Positions 8,997-19,600 of a DNA stretch of 64,000 bases are shown here, piece after piece; position 1 is the stretch's first letter; each line of letters starts with the position of its first letter. Location: the NCBI GenBank assembly GCA_964415785.1, contig CAYQBU010000001.1, positions 1,152 to 65,151 on the forward strand, in the 5' to 3' direction. The position numbers and the translations under genes are program-made. This DNA comes from an uncultured Bradymonadales bacterium. GTDB lineage: Bacteria; Myxococcota_A; Bradymonadia; Bradymonadales; Bradymonadaceae. The notes beneath the pieces were generated by a model. The model was not told the DNA's origin. It saw only the letters and a list, made by a program, of their open reading frames with translations, and searched no databases.

Positions 8997-10781
8997 TCAG
9001 TCACAGCCGAGGTTTTCCATCTGACCTTCCACAGCACCCCGGTTGGAGGGCCCGCTATTGAGATATTGTTGGAAGTGGCTGCAGGCATTGTCGCTATCTT
9101 CCAATCGGGTATAGGCGAGCCCCAAAATTCGATGGCACGGTGTATGCCCGGCACTCAGGGCTTCCTGACAGATCTCGACAGCTCCCTGCGGATCGCCGGC
9201 CATGACAGCCCTGGCAGCCTCGTTATAGCGGTCCTGAGCCTCTTCGGCACTCAACCCACCGGACGGACTCGGCGAGGGGCTCGGGGCTGGCGCCGCCTCC
9301 GCGCTCGCCTGCGCCGCCGCCTCTTCTTCTTCTTGAGCCGCGATCTCTGCCAGCTCCTCTTCTCTCGCCTCGATGGCGTCGAGCAGATCCATCGCCGGCT
9401 CGTAATCGGCAAACAATAATTCGTCGACGTATCCCCGGGCCTCTTCGAATTCTTCGTCGTCAAAAGCCTCTTGTCCCATCGCCAACACCGCCTCGAAGAT
9501 CGACTCGCGAAGCCCCTCGTCCTCCGCCAGGCCATAGAAAATCGAGTGCGATGGAATCGCTGTCAGCGCATCAAAGGCATCCATGATCTCGCCGTCCCCA
9601 AAATGGTCGGCGGCGTCTTCGTAATTGCCTTTATGCGATTGCTCCACGCGAGCCTGGGACACCAGATCGTCGATCTCATCGCGCTGTTCCGGTGTTGGAT
9701 CGAGCTGGTCTCGCATCAAGCGCAGACTTCCAATGGGCTCTCGCAACTGCCCGGCCTCGATTTCTGCCCGTGCCTGATCGATCACCGCCCCAATTTGGTC
9801 GTCCCCATCGCCATCGACGTCGTAATCCTCCGCCAACTCCTCGGCCAGTGCTTCCTCTTGGGCCACCGGCTCATCGGTCTCCGGCTCCTCTTCGTCGCCG
9901 CTCTGAACCATAAAGAATACACCCGCCAGGGCCACCACAATGGCGCCCGCGATCGCCCCCATCAGGCCCAGCTTGACGACGTCCGTGCCCCCTTTGGACT
10001 CCCCACCGACCGTGCTGGCCGCCACCTTCTCCGACTGGGGCGTAAAGACGTAATTTTCTCCCGGTTCCACGAACCGAAATTTCACATGCCCCAGCTCCAC
10101 CACGTCCCCGCGTTGAAGATGGGTTGCTCGATAACTCTCCCCGCTGACCTTGACCCCATTCTTACTATTGAGGTCCACGATCTTATAAGTCGTATTGTCT
10201 TCGCGCACGATCTTGGCGTGCTTACTCGAAATGGAGCGATGATCGATGATGATGTGACAATCTTCCCCGCGCCCGATCACCACTTCCGGCCGATTTAAGG
10301 GAAACTCCTCGCCCGCAAAATTACTCGAGATCACCACCAGCTTCGCCACAAGTGACTGAATCACCTGCGTCTGCTCGCGCTTCGAATCCCCAAAATCGTC
10401 GTCGATATTCTCTGGCTTTTTGGGCTTCTTCGGAGGCTTGCCGGCCTTGCCCGCTTTTCCGGAGCCCGAATCCGACTTCTCGCCCTTTTTCTTCTCCGCC
10501 TTCAGCGTCAATCGATAGTCGCCGATCTCCACCACATCACCGGGTGTCATCGGGGCTCGACCGTCGATCTTCTTTCCGTTTTTCTTGAGCCCGTAGCGCG
10601 CGGCAACGTCTTCAATATAGACGTCTTCGTCGTCGCGCACGATCTTACCGTGGCGCCGAGAGACATTGCGATCCGTCAAACGAATCGTATTCCCCTCTTT
10701 ACGCCCAATGGTGATCTCATCCCGGATGAGCGATACGGCGGTCTTGCCGCCTTCATCATCCTCAATCAGGAGCTTGTACAT
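8997..10781 (-). CDS. Double-FHA-domain membrane protein with C-terminal TPR-like region
   Basis: Two FHA cores: ITIGRKEGNTIRLTDRNVSRRHGKIV and VVIGRGEDCHIIIDHRSISSKHAKIV...LNSKNGVKV. One TM helix (LGLMGAIAGAIVVALAGVFFMV). The acidic periplasmic part ends in a TPR-like motif. Confidence 0.85.
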   Translation of the reverse strand: MYKLLIEDDEGGKTAVSLIRDEITIGRKEGNTIRLTDRNVSRRHGKIVRDDEDVYIEDVAARYGLKKNGKKIDGRAPMTPGDVVEIGDYRLTLKAEKKKGEKSDSGSGKAGKAGKPPKKPKKPENIDDDFGDSKREQTQVIQSLVAKLVVISSNFAGEEFPLNRPEVVIGRGEDCHIIIDHRSISSKHAKIVREDNTTYKIVDLNSKNGVKVSGESYRATHLQRGDVVELGHVKFRFVEPGENYVFTPQSEKVAASTVGGESKGGTDVVKLGLMGAIAGAIVVALAGVFFMVQSGDEEEPETDEPVAQEEALAEELAEDYDVDGDGDDQIGAVIDQARAEIEAGQLREPIGSLRLMRDQLDPTPEQRDEIDDLVSQARVEQSHKGNYEDAADHFGDGEIMDAFDALTAIPSHSIFYGLAEDEGLRESIFEAVLAMGQEAFDDEEFEEARGYVDELLFADYEPAMDLLDAIEAREEELAEIAAQEEEEAAAQASAEAAPAPSPSPSPSGGLSAEEAQDRYNEAARAVMAGDPQGAVEICQEALSAGHTPCHRILGLAYTRLEDSDNACSHFQQYLNSGPSNRGAVEGQMENLGCD

Positions 10782-11060
10782 GCACGCATCCTTCCGGCAA
10801 TAATTGGCCTTCGCCTGACCCGGACTTGGCGCCGGGACTGCCCGCTGCCACTACACTTTCCTACCGGTCCTGTGTCGCATCGCCTCTACTTCCTTGGTGG
10901 CGATTCCTATGCTCCTCTTTCAGCCCCTCTCCAGGAGAAGCTGAACGCTGCCTTGATTCGCCGAGGTTGACCGTCGAAAAGCGCCTGAAAACCATAGTTA
11001 TCACAGCCCCCGGGTTTCTTCAATTTGTCCCACCCCTTTTCCAACACCCAGCTGACACCT

Positions 11061-14000
11061 TTACTCGGCTTCTCCCATCTCCGGTTCTCTTTTCCCCTCT
11101 CGCCATCCCTCCACGCTATTGTAAATCACGGGTATGATCACCAGCGAAATCGCGGCCGATACGAATAGCCCTCCGATCACCGCCCGAGCCAGCGGCGACT
11201 GGGTATCGCCACCCTCGCCCAATCCCAGGGCCACCGGGGTCAACGCCAATATCGTGGTCACCGTGGTCATCAAGATCGGTCGCAAGCGACGTCGCGTGCT
11301 GATCTCCACCGCTTGCCGAACCAACATTCCCCGCTCTCGTCGCATCAAATTGATATAGTCCACCAACACGATCGCGTTATTGACCACGATCCCCGTCAGC
11401 ATGATGCAGCCCATAAAGGACTGGATATTGAAGGTCGTCCCCGTCAATAAAAGCATCAATATCACCCCGATCGCCGCCACCGGGATCGACAACATGATGT
11501 AGAGCGGCTGAATAAAGCTCTCGAATTGGCTGGCCATCACCATATAGACCAGCGCGATCGCCAACAGGATGCCGATGAGCAGTGCTCCAAAGGTCTCGTC
11601 CTGCTCTTCCGTCTCCCCTTTCACCAGCACACTGAATCCATCGGGCACATCCATCTCATCGATCTCTGCGCGCAGATCGGAGGCGATATGGCCTAAGTTT
11701 CGGTCTCCGCTCAAAAAGGCCCGAACATTGACCACCCGACCCTGATTCTCCCTCTCGATGGTCAGTGGCCCCACTTCCTCCTCAATATTGGCCACGTCGC
11801 CCAGCGTTGCCGACCCACCACCGGGCAAAATAATCGGCATATCCATGAGCTGTTCGAGCCCCTCGCGCTCCATACGTGGAAGGCGCACGATCACATCGAA
11901 TTCGTCTCCGTCCGTTCGCAGCACCGTCGATTGGCGTCCCTGAATATAGGTCTGAATCTGACTGCCCACCACCGAGGGCTCGATACCCATGGAGCCCAAC
12001 TTCTCTCGGTCCGGCACCACCTGCAACTCCGCCCCTCCCGTCTCACGGCTCACATTGGTGCTCATCACCCCGTCGACGGACCCCATGATCTCTGAGGCTT
12101 CCTGCGCGAGCCGGTCGGCCGTCTCGATATCGAAGCCCCGCACCTGAATCTCGAGTCGCTCCCCGCCTCCTTGCAACACTCTTAAAATCCACAACCCTCC
12201 CCCGGCCCTCACTCGGACATCGCCCCCGGCCACCAACCCCTCGACCTCGTCATTGAGATCTCGAGCCACCTCGTCGCTGGAGCGATCCCGTTGATTGGCG
12301 GGCACCAATTGCAACGTGATCCGCCCCGACTCCCCTCCCGACGTCGACCAACCCCCGGGCGTACCGACAATCGTCTGCATCAATTCCAGCTCTGGTACCG
12401 CATCGGGGATCACAGCTTCGATCTTTTGGATTGCCTGCTCCGTTCGCTCAATCCGCGTGCCCTCGGGCATCTCCAGATCGATGCGCACCTCGCTCTGATC
12501 GTCTTCCGGCAATAACTCCGTCCCGACCTGGGGCACCAGACTTATCGCTCCCACCAGCAACACCAACGTCACCCCCAATACCGTCCAGGGATGATTCAAG
12601 CACCAATCTGCCAGATTCCCATACACCTGCTCCAGGGCATCCAGAAAGTTGGAGATCACTCCTTTCGCCTCTCCATTGGCGATCTTTTCCGCATTCAAAA
12701 ACCGCGACGCCAGCATCGGGATCAGCGTCAATGCCACCGCCAGCGAGCACACCAGCGCAAAGCTGACCACAAAGGCCATCTGCCCGAAAAATATCGCCGC
12801 AAACCCCGTCAAAAAGATCACCGGCACAAACACCACCAGCGTCGTGATCGTCGATGCCACGATCGCCGTCCCCACCTCCCGCGATCCCTCGACGGCCGCA
12901 AAGATCGAATCCTCCCCCTCCTCTAATTTCCGATAGATATTCTCCAGAATCACAATCGCGTTATCCACCAGCAGCCCCACCCCCAGGGCGACCCCACCGA
13001 AGCTGATCAGGTTCAAGGTGATCCCGAAATAATACATCAGCGTAAAGATACCGATGATCGAGATCGGTATGGCCACTCCCACGATCACCGTCGAGCGCAC
13101 GCTCTGCAAAAAGAAGAGCAAGACCAAAATGGCCAGGATCGCTCCCGCCAGCACCGCCCCCTGCACGTTGGCGATCGAGTCCTCGATATACTCCGAGGTA
13201 TCCGTCACCACCGACAACTGGGCTCGGCCCTCATAATCGCGGTTGATACGCCCGATTTCATCGCGCACCGCTTCTGCCACCTCCACCGTATTGGTGCCCG
13301 ACTGGTTGGTCACCGACAACCGTATCCCTGGCTCGCCGTTGAGCCGCACGATATTCGACGGATCTTCAAAGGTATCCAGCACCTGAGCGACGTCGCGCAG
13401 ATAGATCGGCACCGCCCCCTGGCGCTCACTCTCTCGCATCCCCACGACAATACTCTGCAGGTCCGCCACATCTCCCGACTCCCCCATCACCCGTACCAGA
13501 AGCGACTCGTCAAATTGTTCGATCTGTCCGGCCGGAATATTGCGATTTTCCCGACTCAAGGCCTCGCTGATCTCCGTCGGCGACAGCCCGTAGGCCCGCA
13601 ACCGATCCGTATCCAGGACCACCTGGAACTCCCGAGCCAGTCCTCCCCGAACGTCGACGGAGGCTACCCCTTCGACGCGCTCCAGGCGCGGCTCCAACTG
13701 GCGCTCCGAGAGCTGGCGCAGCTGCGGCTCCGATAGATCTCCCGACAGCGACAACTGCAAGATCGGAAAGCTGTTGATATCAAAGCGAAACACCACCGGA
13801 TCGTCGGCCTCATCTGGCAATTGCCCTTTGACCCGCTCGATCGTCGAACGGACATCGTTCATCGCCGTGTCCAGATTGGTCCCCCAATTAAAGCGCAGCG
13901 ATACCCGGCTTCGCCCCTCCGTCGAGAAGCTATCGATCGTATCGATCCCCTCCACCGTTCCCACCGCTTCTTCGATGGGTCGCGTGATCAGCGTCTCGAT

Positions 14001-14174
14001 CTCCTCCGGGCCCGCTCCCTCATAAGAGGTCGTCACCGACAGGGAGGGAAACTCAATATCGGGCAACAGATCGATCTGCAGCCTCGAAAAGCTCACCACC
14101 CCCAGCAACAACACGGCGACGAAGACCATGGTCGTCATCACTGGACGACCAACCGCTATCTTGGGCAAATTCAT
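11061..14174 (-). CDS. RND efflux pump inner-membrane subunit (AcrB/HAE family)
   Basis: 1037 aa with 12-TM architecture and typical AcrB motifs (SFSRLQIDLLPDIEFP, VVNNAIVLVDYIN). Confidence 0.95.
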   Translation of the reverse strand: MNLPKIAVGRPVMTTMVFVAVLLLGVVSFSRLQIDLLPDIEFPSLSVTTSYEGAGPEEIETLITRPIEEAVGTVEGIDTIDSFSTEGRSRVSLRFNWGTNLDTAMNDVRSTIERVKGQLPDEADDPVVFRFDINSFPILQLSLSGDLSEPQLRQLSERQLEPRLERVEGVASVDVRGGLAREFQVVLDTDRLRAYGLSPTEISEALSRENRNIPAGQIEQFDESLLVRVMGESGDVADLQSIVVGMRESERQGAVPIYLRDVAQVLDTFEDPSNIVRLNGEPGIRLSVTNQSGTNTVEVAEAVRDEIGRINRDYEGRAQLSVVTDTSEYIEDSIANVQGAVLAGAILAILVLLFFLQSVRSTVIVGVAIPISIIGIFTLMYYFGITLNLISFGGVALGVGLLVDNAIVILENIYRKLEEGEDSIFAAVEGSREVGTAIVASTITTLVVFVPVIFLTGFAAIFFGQMAFVVSFALVCSLAVALTLIPMLASRFLNAEKIANGEAKGVISNFLDALEQVYGNLADWCLNHPWTVLGVTLVLLVGAISLVPQVGTELLPEDDQSEVRIDLEMPEGTRIERTEQAIQKIEAVIPDAVPELELMQTIVGTPGGWSTSGGESGRITLQLVPANQRDRSSDEVARDLNDEVEGLVAGGDVRVRAGGGLWILRVLQGGGERLEIQVRGFDIETADRLAQEASEIMGSVDGVMSTNVSRETGGAELQVVPDREKLGSMGIEPSVVGSQIQTYIQGRQSTVLRTDGDEFDVIVRLPRMEREGLEQLMDMPIILPGGGSATLGDVANIEEEVGPLTIERENQGRVVNVRAFLSGDRNLGHIASDLRAEIDEMDVPDGFSVLVKGETEEQDETFGALLIGILLAIALVYMVMASQFESFIQPLYIMLSIPVAAIGVILMLLLTGTTFNIQSFMGCIMLTGIVVNNAIVLVDYINLMRRERGMLVRQAVEISTRRRLRPILMTTVTTILALTPVALGLGEGGDTQSPLARAVIGGLFVSAAISLVIIPVIYNSVEGWREGKREPEMGEAE

Positions 14175-14241
14175 CGCGCACTCCCGGCTTACATCATGGC
14201 TTTTCTTTGACTTGCTTCATTCCGACTGCCTCCACGTCGCG

Positions 14242-15471
14242 TCATTCCACTGGTCCTTCCAGATCCTCACTGATGTCGGGGCCATCGCTGCGATGGACAT
14301 CACGGACCTTGCTTCCTTCTTCCAGGGTCTCATGGCCTCTCAATACAATGCGGTCACCCTCTTTGATCGCGTCGCCGAGAGCGCTCGACTCCCTGCCCCT
14401 CATCTCTACCGATACTTCCACCTTCTCGGCCTCTCCATCGACGACTCGCCAGACGTAGGGCGTCCCGTCCAGATCGTGTTGAATGGCCTGATTCGTCAGC
14501 ACCAGGGCGTCGTCCATACGCCCATGTTCCATGCTCAACCGGGCATACATCCCCGGTCGCAGCGTCCATCCCTCCTCGTCGACCACGGCCACGTCGACCC
14601 TCAAGCTGCGCGTCGCCGAATCCATCATCGGCGCCACCCGATGAATCTCTCCCACCAGGGCCGTGCTATTGAGTGCCCCCACGCGGATCTGGACCGGCGT
14701 CTGGGCATGGACCATCGCCGCCTTTCGCTCAGGCACCTGCACCGCCACGTACAACATATCGTCGTCGACGACGCTAAAAATCGCCTGGCCCGGCTGCACA
14801 TGAGTGCCGCGCTCCACATAGCGATTGCCAATGACTCCGTCGAAGGGCGCGCGAATCTGGGTATTATCCAGGTCGTCGCGCGCCGACGCCAGACGCGCCT
14901 GCGCCTGCTCGATCTGGGCCTCCGCCACCGCCAATTGCTGCTCCGCATTGGCGATCGAGTTTTCCAACTCTTCGATCTCGCGCTCCGAGACCATATCTCT
15001 ATCCCGCAGCGGCTGTTTGCGCCTCAGATCGCTCTCCAGATTGCTCAGATTGACCTCTGCCTCGGCTTTCGTGGCCTGGGAGACCGACACACTGGCCGCC
15101 AACTCCCGCACCGATTGGCGCAGGTTGCGGTCATCGACCCGCCCCAACAACTGGCCTTCGTCCACCGCGTCGCCGATATTGGCCTGCACCTCAAGCAGTC
15201 GCCCCCCCACCTCCGAGGAGACCTCCGTCATCTCCTCCGAGCGGACCTCGCCGGCGTAGTTGCCAGTGACCACAAATTCGTCGCGCTCCGGCGCCACCGT
15301 CTCCACGGTGACCACCGGACCGCCCGAGCCTCCCCCGCCCATCGGTGGCCCTCCGCCGCCCTCTTCTTCGTCTCCTCCGCAGGCCCAAACGGTGATCACG
15401 GCCAATACCGTCATCACCACCAAGCATCCTCTCATCAGCGTCGTCTGTCCCGTCTTCTTCGATATCTTCAT
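14242..15471 (-). CDS. RND efflux periplasmic adaptor (membrane fusion protein, HlyD-like)
   Basis: Lipoprotein-like N-terminus (VWACGG), coiled-coil hairpin and IRAPFDGVIG beta-barrel motif. ATG 15471 overlaps the TolC-like stop by 1 nt (TGATG). Confidence 0.9.
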   Translation of the reverse strand: MKISKKTGQTTLMRGCLVVMTVLAVITVWACGGDEEEGGGGPPMGGGGSGGPVVTVETVAPERDEFVVTGNYAGEVRSEEMTEVSSEVGGRLLEVQANIGDAVDEGQLLGRVDDRNLRQSVRELAASVSVSQATKAEAEVNLSNLESDLRRKQPLRDRDMVSEREIEELENSIANAEQQLAVAEAQIEQAQARLASARDDLDNTQIRAPFDGVIGNRYVERGTHVQPGQAIFSVVDDDMLYVAVQVPERKAAMVHAQTPVQIRVGALNSTALVGEIHRVAPMMDSATRSLRVDVAVVDEEGWTLRPGMYARLSMEHGRMDDALVLTNQAIQHDLDGTPYVWRVVDGEAEKVEVSVEMRGRESSALGDAIKEGDRIVLRGHETLEEGSKVRDVHRSDGPDISEDLEGPVE

Positions 15472-16778
15472 CACGTCTCTTCATCCTCAGCCCGCAAATA
15501 GCGATAGCGGATCTCTGCCAATTGGACCTGCAATTGCCTCTGATTTAGACCCAGCTCCGAATCCAATAACTCCTGAGATGCATCGCGCACCTCCAGGCTC
15601 GACACCAGGCCCGATTCAAATTGAGCCACCACCTGGTCGTAATTCTGTTGGGCGACCTCGATTTGCTCCCGGGCCACCGCCACTGACGCCTCTGCCGATT
15701 CCCACTCGCGAAGCGCCTCCACCAATTCCGCATTCGCTCCTCGAAGATCGCGCTCCAGCTCCAACTCTTGCTGCCTCACCTCCGCCTGAGCCGCGTCTGC
15801 CCTCGCGTAGCGCGCCCCACCATCGTAGAGCTGCCAGGTCGCCGACAGGGTGACCGACCAGTTGAATCGTTCCGGATTAAACTGCGTCGTTCTTCCCAAA
15901 TTGGTATTTAAGCGCAGATCCACCCGTGGTGCCAATGACCACCAGGCCCCCCGGCGCCCCAGCTCCGACGCTTCGATCCCCGATCGCATCGCCCCAAAGT
16001 CATCTCGCTGCTCCGTGACTCCCCGGGCGTCCTCCGGAAAAATCAGGTCGTCGACCTCCACTTGTGTATCCGCCCGAAGTTCTCCATCGGGCTCCTCGGC
16101 CATCAACACCGCCAGACTATCCGCCGCGTTGCCCAGCGTCGCCTCCGCCTCCAGGAGCGCCTGCTCCGCCTCCAGCACATCGACCCGCGCTCGACCGACG
16201 TCCACACTCACCGCCAGCCCCGCTTCTCGCAGCGCCTCCGCCTGATCCAGGTATTGCTCGCGCCAATCCACCGCTGACTCTGCGATCTCTACCTCCTCCT
16301 GCGCCGATGCCAGCGTATAGAACGCCACTTCCGCATCCAGCATCAACAGGTGGCGTTCCCACTCCGCACGCTGCTCCGTCATCTCCAGACTCGCTCCGGC
16401 CTGCCAATAATCAAAATAGGCCGGCGCGTCGAATACCGTCACTCCGACGCCGCCGTTGATCGACCAGTCCAGACTGCGCGAAAACACTTCTCCCTGCTCC
16501 GTTTCCACTTCAAAGGACTGTCGATCCACATTTGCGGACATGTCGGCCTGGGGCAGTAACGACGCCAACGCCTGGCGACGCATCGCCTGGCTCTGCCGGA
16601 TCTGCATCTCCGTGATCTCTCTGGTTTCGTGTTTTTCCGGCACCACCTCCAGCACTTCCTCAAGGCTCACTTCTCGCGGCTGTGCCTCCACCACCGACGG
16701 CATCAACGCCACCACCATGACCACACTCCACGCCCCGAACTGCTTGACTCCTACTTCCATACCATCACTCATTTGCAT
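15471..16778 (-). CDS. TolC-family outer-membrane efflux protein
   Basis: Duplicated TolC helical repeats. Start chosen at MQMSDGMEVGVKQFGAWSVVMVVALMPSVVEAQ (signal peptide). The longer listed ORF (to 17090) overlaps the divergent gene. Confidence 0.85.
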   Translation of the reverse strand: MQMSDGMEVGVKQFGAWSVVMVVALMPSVVEAQPREVSLEEVLEVVPEKHETREITEMQIRQSQAMRRQALASLLPQADMSANVDRQSFEVETEQGEVFSRSLDWSINGGVGVTVFDAPAYFDYWQAGASLEMTEQRAEWERHLLMLDAEVAFYTLASAQEEVEIAESAVDWREQYLDQAEALREAGLAVSVDVGRARVDVLEAEQALLEAEATLGNAADSLAVLMAEEPDGELRADTQVEVDDLIFPEDARGVTEQRDDFGAMRSGIEASELGRRGAWWSLAPRVDLRLNTNLGRTTQFNPERFNWSVTLSATWQLYDGGARYARADAAQAEVRQQELELERDLRGANAELVEALREWESAEASVAVAREQIEVAQQNYDQVVAQFESGLVSSLEVRDASQELLDSELGLNQRQLQVQLAEIRYRYLRAEDEET

Positions 16779-16962
16779 CGGTGTCTTCGAAATCGGCTCG
16801 AGGCGAACAAAAGCACATCCGTGCATTGTTCCACATTTTTTCTCGATCCTTACGTATCGTGCACGACCTAAAACCCACAAGACTCCTTGTCCCACTTTCC
16901 CCATCGCGATACCCTTTGGGCGAAACCATCCCTTATTCCCCGGCCTATTCGCGAGCCCCACT

Positions 16963-18330
16963 ATGACTGCGCGCATCCTGGCCCATGTTAGCTTTGTACT
17001 CGTCCTCTTGTGGACCGCTCCGGCCATGGCTGCTGGCTTCTTTCTCCCCACCCGCGGCGTCGACAGCACGGCCCGCGGCGGTGCCTCCATCGCCCCCCAT
17101 CAAGCCGACCTCGACGCCCTGTGGCATAACCCCGCCGGGCTCACTCAACTCGACGATACACGCATGCTCATCGACCTCGGCGTCGTCCATCTCTCCACCC
17201 GCCATCAGCGCGCCCCCCGACAGATGGACGACGGCTCCACCCGCACCTACGACCCCGTCTACAGCGACGCTCCCCCCCACGCCATCCCCCTAATCCTCAT
17301 CGGCGGCCCCACCTCTCACCCCGATATCCACTGGGCCGCCGGCTTTTATACCCCCTGGGCCGCCGGCAGCCGCTACCCCGAAGATGGCCCTCAGCGCTAC
17401 GTCCTCATCGACAACGGTGGCTCTGCCCTCGGCTACCTTCACGCCGCCATCGGTTGGCAGGTCTCCGACTCCCTCTCCTTTGGCGCCGGCCTCCAGAACT
17501 TCATGGGCCAATTTCGCGTCATCTCCGTCGGCTCCGGCTACTCCGGACTCTTCGGCGACCCCGAAGACGAAGACCTCGACATGCTCGCCGAGGTCAATAT
17601 CTCGAGCTATTTCAGCCCCACCGCCAACCTGGGCGTTAACTATCGCCTCACCGACGCCCTCCAACTCGGCGCCTCCCTTCAACTGCCCCATATCTTCAGC
17701 GATAGCAGCGCCACCATCGACACCCGCATGCCCGACCATCCGGCCTACGACAACGCCGAGACCTCGGGCAATGAAGTCGACGTCTCCATTCCCTTTCCCT
17801 TCTACCTCCGCGGAGGCGCCCGCTTTATCGCCAGCCGCTTCGACGTCGAAGCCGCCCTCGTCTATCAGCACTGGTCCCTCCTCGACGAGGTCACCCTCAC
17901 TCCCGACGAAGTCGAGATCACCGGCGTCCCCGGCATCGGCTCGATGCCCGTCGAATCCTTCGTCGTCCCTCAAGAGATGCAAAATACCATCTCCGCCCAC
18001 CTGGGCACCCAGATCCACTACTCTTCATCGCTGTCATTTCGCGCCGGTTACGTCTTTGAGCGCGGCGCTGTCCCCGACCACCGCCTCAGCGTCTTCGCCC
18101 TCGACCCCACCAAACAGCAATTCACCGCCGGCTTTGGCTACGACTTCGATCGCCTCACCCTTTCCGCGATGGGCGGCGTGATCCTCATGCCCGACCGCGA
18201 GATCACCAACTCCGAGGTCCGACAGGTCAACCCCTCCGACCCCGACGACGACCACAGCCTCGTCGTCGGCAATGGCACCTACGAACAAACCACCTTCCTC
18301 GGCGGCGTCTCCGCCCAGTACAACTTCTAG
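16963..18330 (+). CDS. FadL/OmpP1/TodX-like outer-membrane transport protein
   Basis: Signal peptide MTARILAHVSFVLVLLWTAPAMA. N-terminal motif GFFLPTRGVDSTARGGASIA...LWHNPAGL. Alternating beta-strand pattern with a terminal aromatic (QYNF). Confidence 0.7.
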   Translation: MTARILAHVSFVLVLLWTAPAMAAGFFLPTRGVDSTARGGASIAPHQADLDALWHNPAGLTQLDDTRMLIDLGVVHLSTRHQRAPRQMDDGSTRTYDPVYSDAPPHAIPLILIGGPTSHPDIHWAAGFYTPWAAGSRYPEDGPQRYVLIDNGGSALGYLHAAIGWQVSDSLSFGAGLQNFMGQFRVISVGSGYSGLFGDPEDEDLDMLAEVNISSYFSPTANLGVNYRLTDALQLGASLQLPHIFSDSSATIDTRMPDHPAYDNAETSGNEVDVSIPFPFYLRGGARFIASRFDVEAALVYQHWSLLDEVTLTPDEVEITGVPGIGSMPVESFVVPQEMQNTISAHLGTQIHYSSSLSFRAGYVFERGAVPDHRLSVFALDPTKQQFTAGFGYDFDRLTLSAMGGVILMPDREITNSEVRQVNPSDPDDDHSLVVGNGTYEQTTFLGGVSAQYNF

Positions 18331-18349
18331 ACCGCTAGTTAATATTGGC

Positions 18350-19600
18350 CTATTCGGGGTATTCGAACCCCGTCTTAAGGCGTCCCAACAATAGAATCGC
18401 CTCTGCCCCCTCATCGTAGACCGCAAAATAAAAGGGCCGGTCAAAGGCAATCGCCTCTCCTCTGCGACCCGCCTCCTCCACGTGTTCCGCGCTCTGCCGC
18501 CCCCCTCGCTCTCCGACCTCCAGCGACGCGACGTGGCCCACCGTCGCCACCCTCTCGGGGCTGCGCTCACCAAATCCCGACAGATCGGCCTCATCTCCGA
18601 AGACCTCCACCGCCAACTCCTCCATCACCCCTCCCAATTGATGCTGTTGACGCAGGTCGAACTCCGGCAGGTCCACTTCCCCATCTTCCAGCCTCGACAA
18701 CCCCTCCACGATCGATTGGAACCGCTCCCCATCAAAGCCCTCTCCCCACTCCTCGATCGACATCGTCGCCGACCTCGGTTTCATGGCCACAAGCGAGGTA
18801 TTGGCCCCCTGATAGCCGAAGGCCACCGCCTGGGTGGTGCTATCTCGATAAAAGCGATAGCTCTCGCGCCCCTCCATCATCGGCCATCGATGCTCTGCAT
18901 CGGCGCTCTCCATCGGGCCCCCGCTGGAGCCCGTCGACTCAAACCCATAGCGCCACACCCCACTGATATGCACCGCCTGGGTCAACGCCGCCGTCCCTTC
19001 CTCCCAATCGCCGATCACCTCCAACTCTCCATCGCCCATCACCCGCCCCACCCAGTGATTGATATCCGACTCCTCGTCCACCACGTGCACTCCCCGCCCC
19101 GTATAGCGCCTCAATAACTCCAGATACCCCTCATCGGGCTCGCTCTTTTCATCGACCCACAGGTCATTTCGGTGATCAAAGCGCAGATCCGCTCCCGACT
19201 GCCTCTCCAGGTGCACTCCCTGCTGATTGAGCACCGCCATCACCATCTCCAACTCATCCTCTTCGACACCCCACAACTCTGCTACGGCCGCGCTCGACTG
19301 CCCCTCCGTCGCCGGGATCAGCTGACTGATCCCCATCAACACCGCCTGGGGAGACATCACCACATCGGCGTCGGACTCCTGGCGCACCCCATCAAAGATC
19401 TCGAAACTCAACGCCAGACTTCCCTGGCGAACCCGGTCGCGCCCCTCTTCCTCCAGTGGCATTAACCCCTGACGATCGGCGTCGCCGACCTTTAGTGTTC
19501 CCGGACTCTCCTCGATCCCGCATCCCCCACAACCCGCCACCAGGACGCTCCACAACCCCAGGCCCACTACCCATCCCATCCTCCACCATCGCCGCTTCAT
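18350..19600 (-). CDS. Serpin-family lipoprotein
   Basis: Lipobox (LVAGCGGC). Serpin N-motif VVMSPQAVLMGISQLIPATEGQS. C-terminal signature FDRPFYFAVYDEGAEAILLLGRL. Confidence 0.7.
   Translation of the reverse strand: MKRRWWRMGWVVGLGLWSVLVAGCGGCGIEESPGTLKVGDADRQGLMPLEEEGRDRVRQGSLALSFEIFDGVRQESDADVVMSPQAVLMGISQLIPATEGQSSAAVAELWGVEEDELEMVMAVLNQQGVHLERQSGADLRFDHRNDLWVDEKSEPDEGYLELLRRYTGRGVHVVDEESDINHWVGRVMGDGELEVIGDWEEGTAALTQAVHISGVWRYGFESTGSSGGPMESADAEHRWPMMEGRESYRFYRDSTTQAVAFGYQGANTSLVAMKPRSATMSIEEWGEGFDGERFQSIVEGLSRLEDGEVDLPEFDLRQQHQLGGVMEELAVEVFGDEADLSGFGERSPERVATVGHVASLEVGERGGRQSAEHVEEAGRRGEAIAFDRPFYFAVYDEGAEAILLLGRLKTGFEYPE

Noticed and set aside
10782-11060. Sigma54-like GGCCAATTATTGCC on the minus strand upstream of the FHA gene, and a TGGG...TGCA string upstream of the giant gene (41031-41049).
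   Set aside because: The GG-to-GC spacing is off by one or more nucleotides in both, and the first is too close to the start codon.
16857-16866. Perfect 10-bp palindrome TCGTGCACGA in the TolC/FadL divergent spacer, as a possible TetR-type operator.
   Set aside because: A single 10-bp palindrome in ~180 nt is not far from chance expectation, and no regulator gene is adjacent.
15471-17090. Long N-terminal extensions of the TolC-like ORF (to 17090) and the FadL-like ORF (from 16456), which would overlap each other by >600 nt.
   Set aside because: In both cases an internal Met is followed by a canonical signal peptide (16778 and 16963). The upstream parts are R/P/T-rich and non-protein-like.
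18352-18376. GGGGTATTCGAACCCCG, reminiscent of a tRNA T-arm.
   Set aside because: It lies inside the serpin coding sequence (C-terminal ...GFEYPE). No acceptor or anticodon arms are around it.
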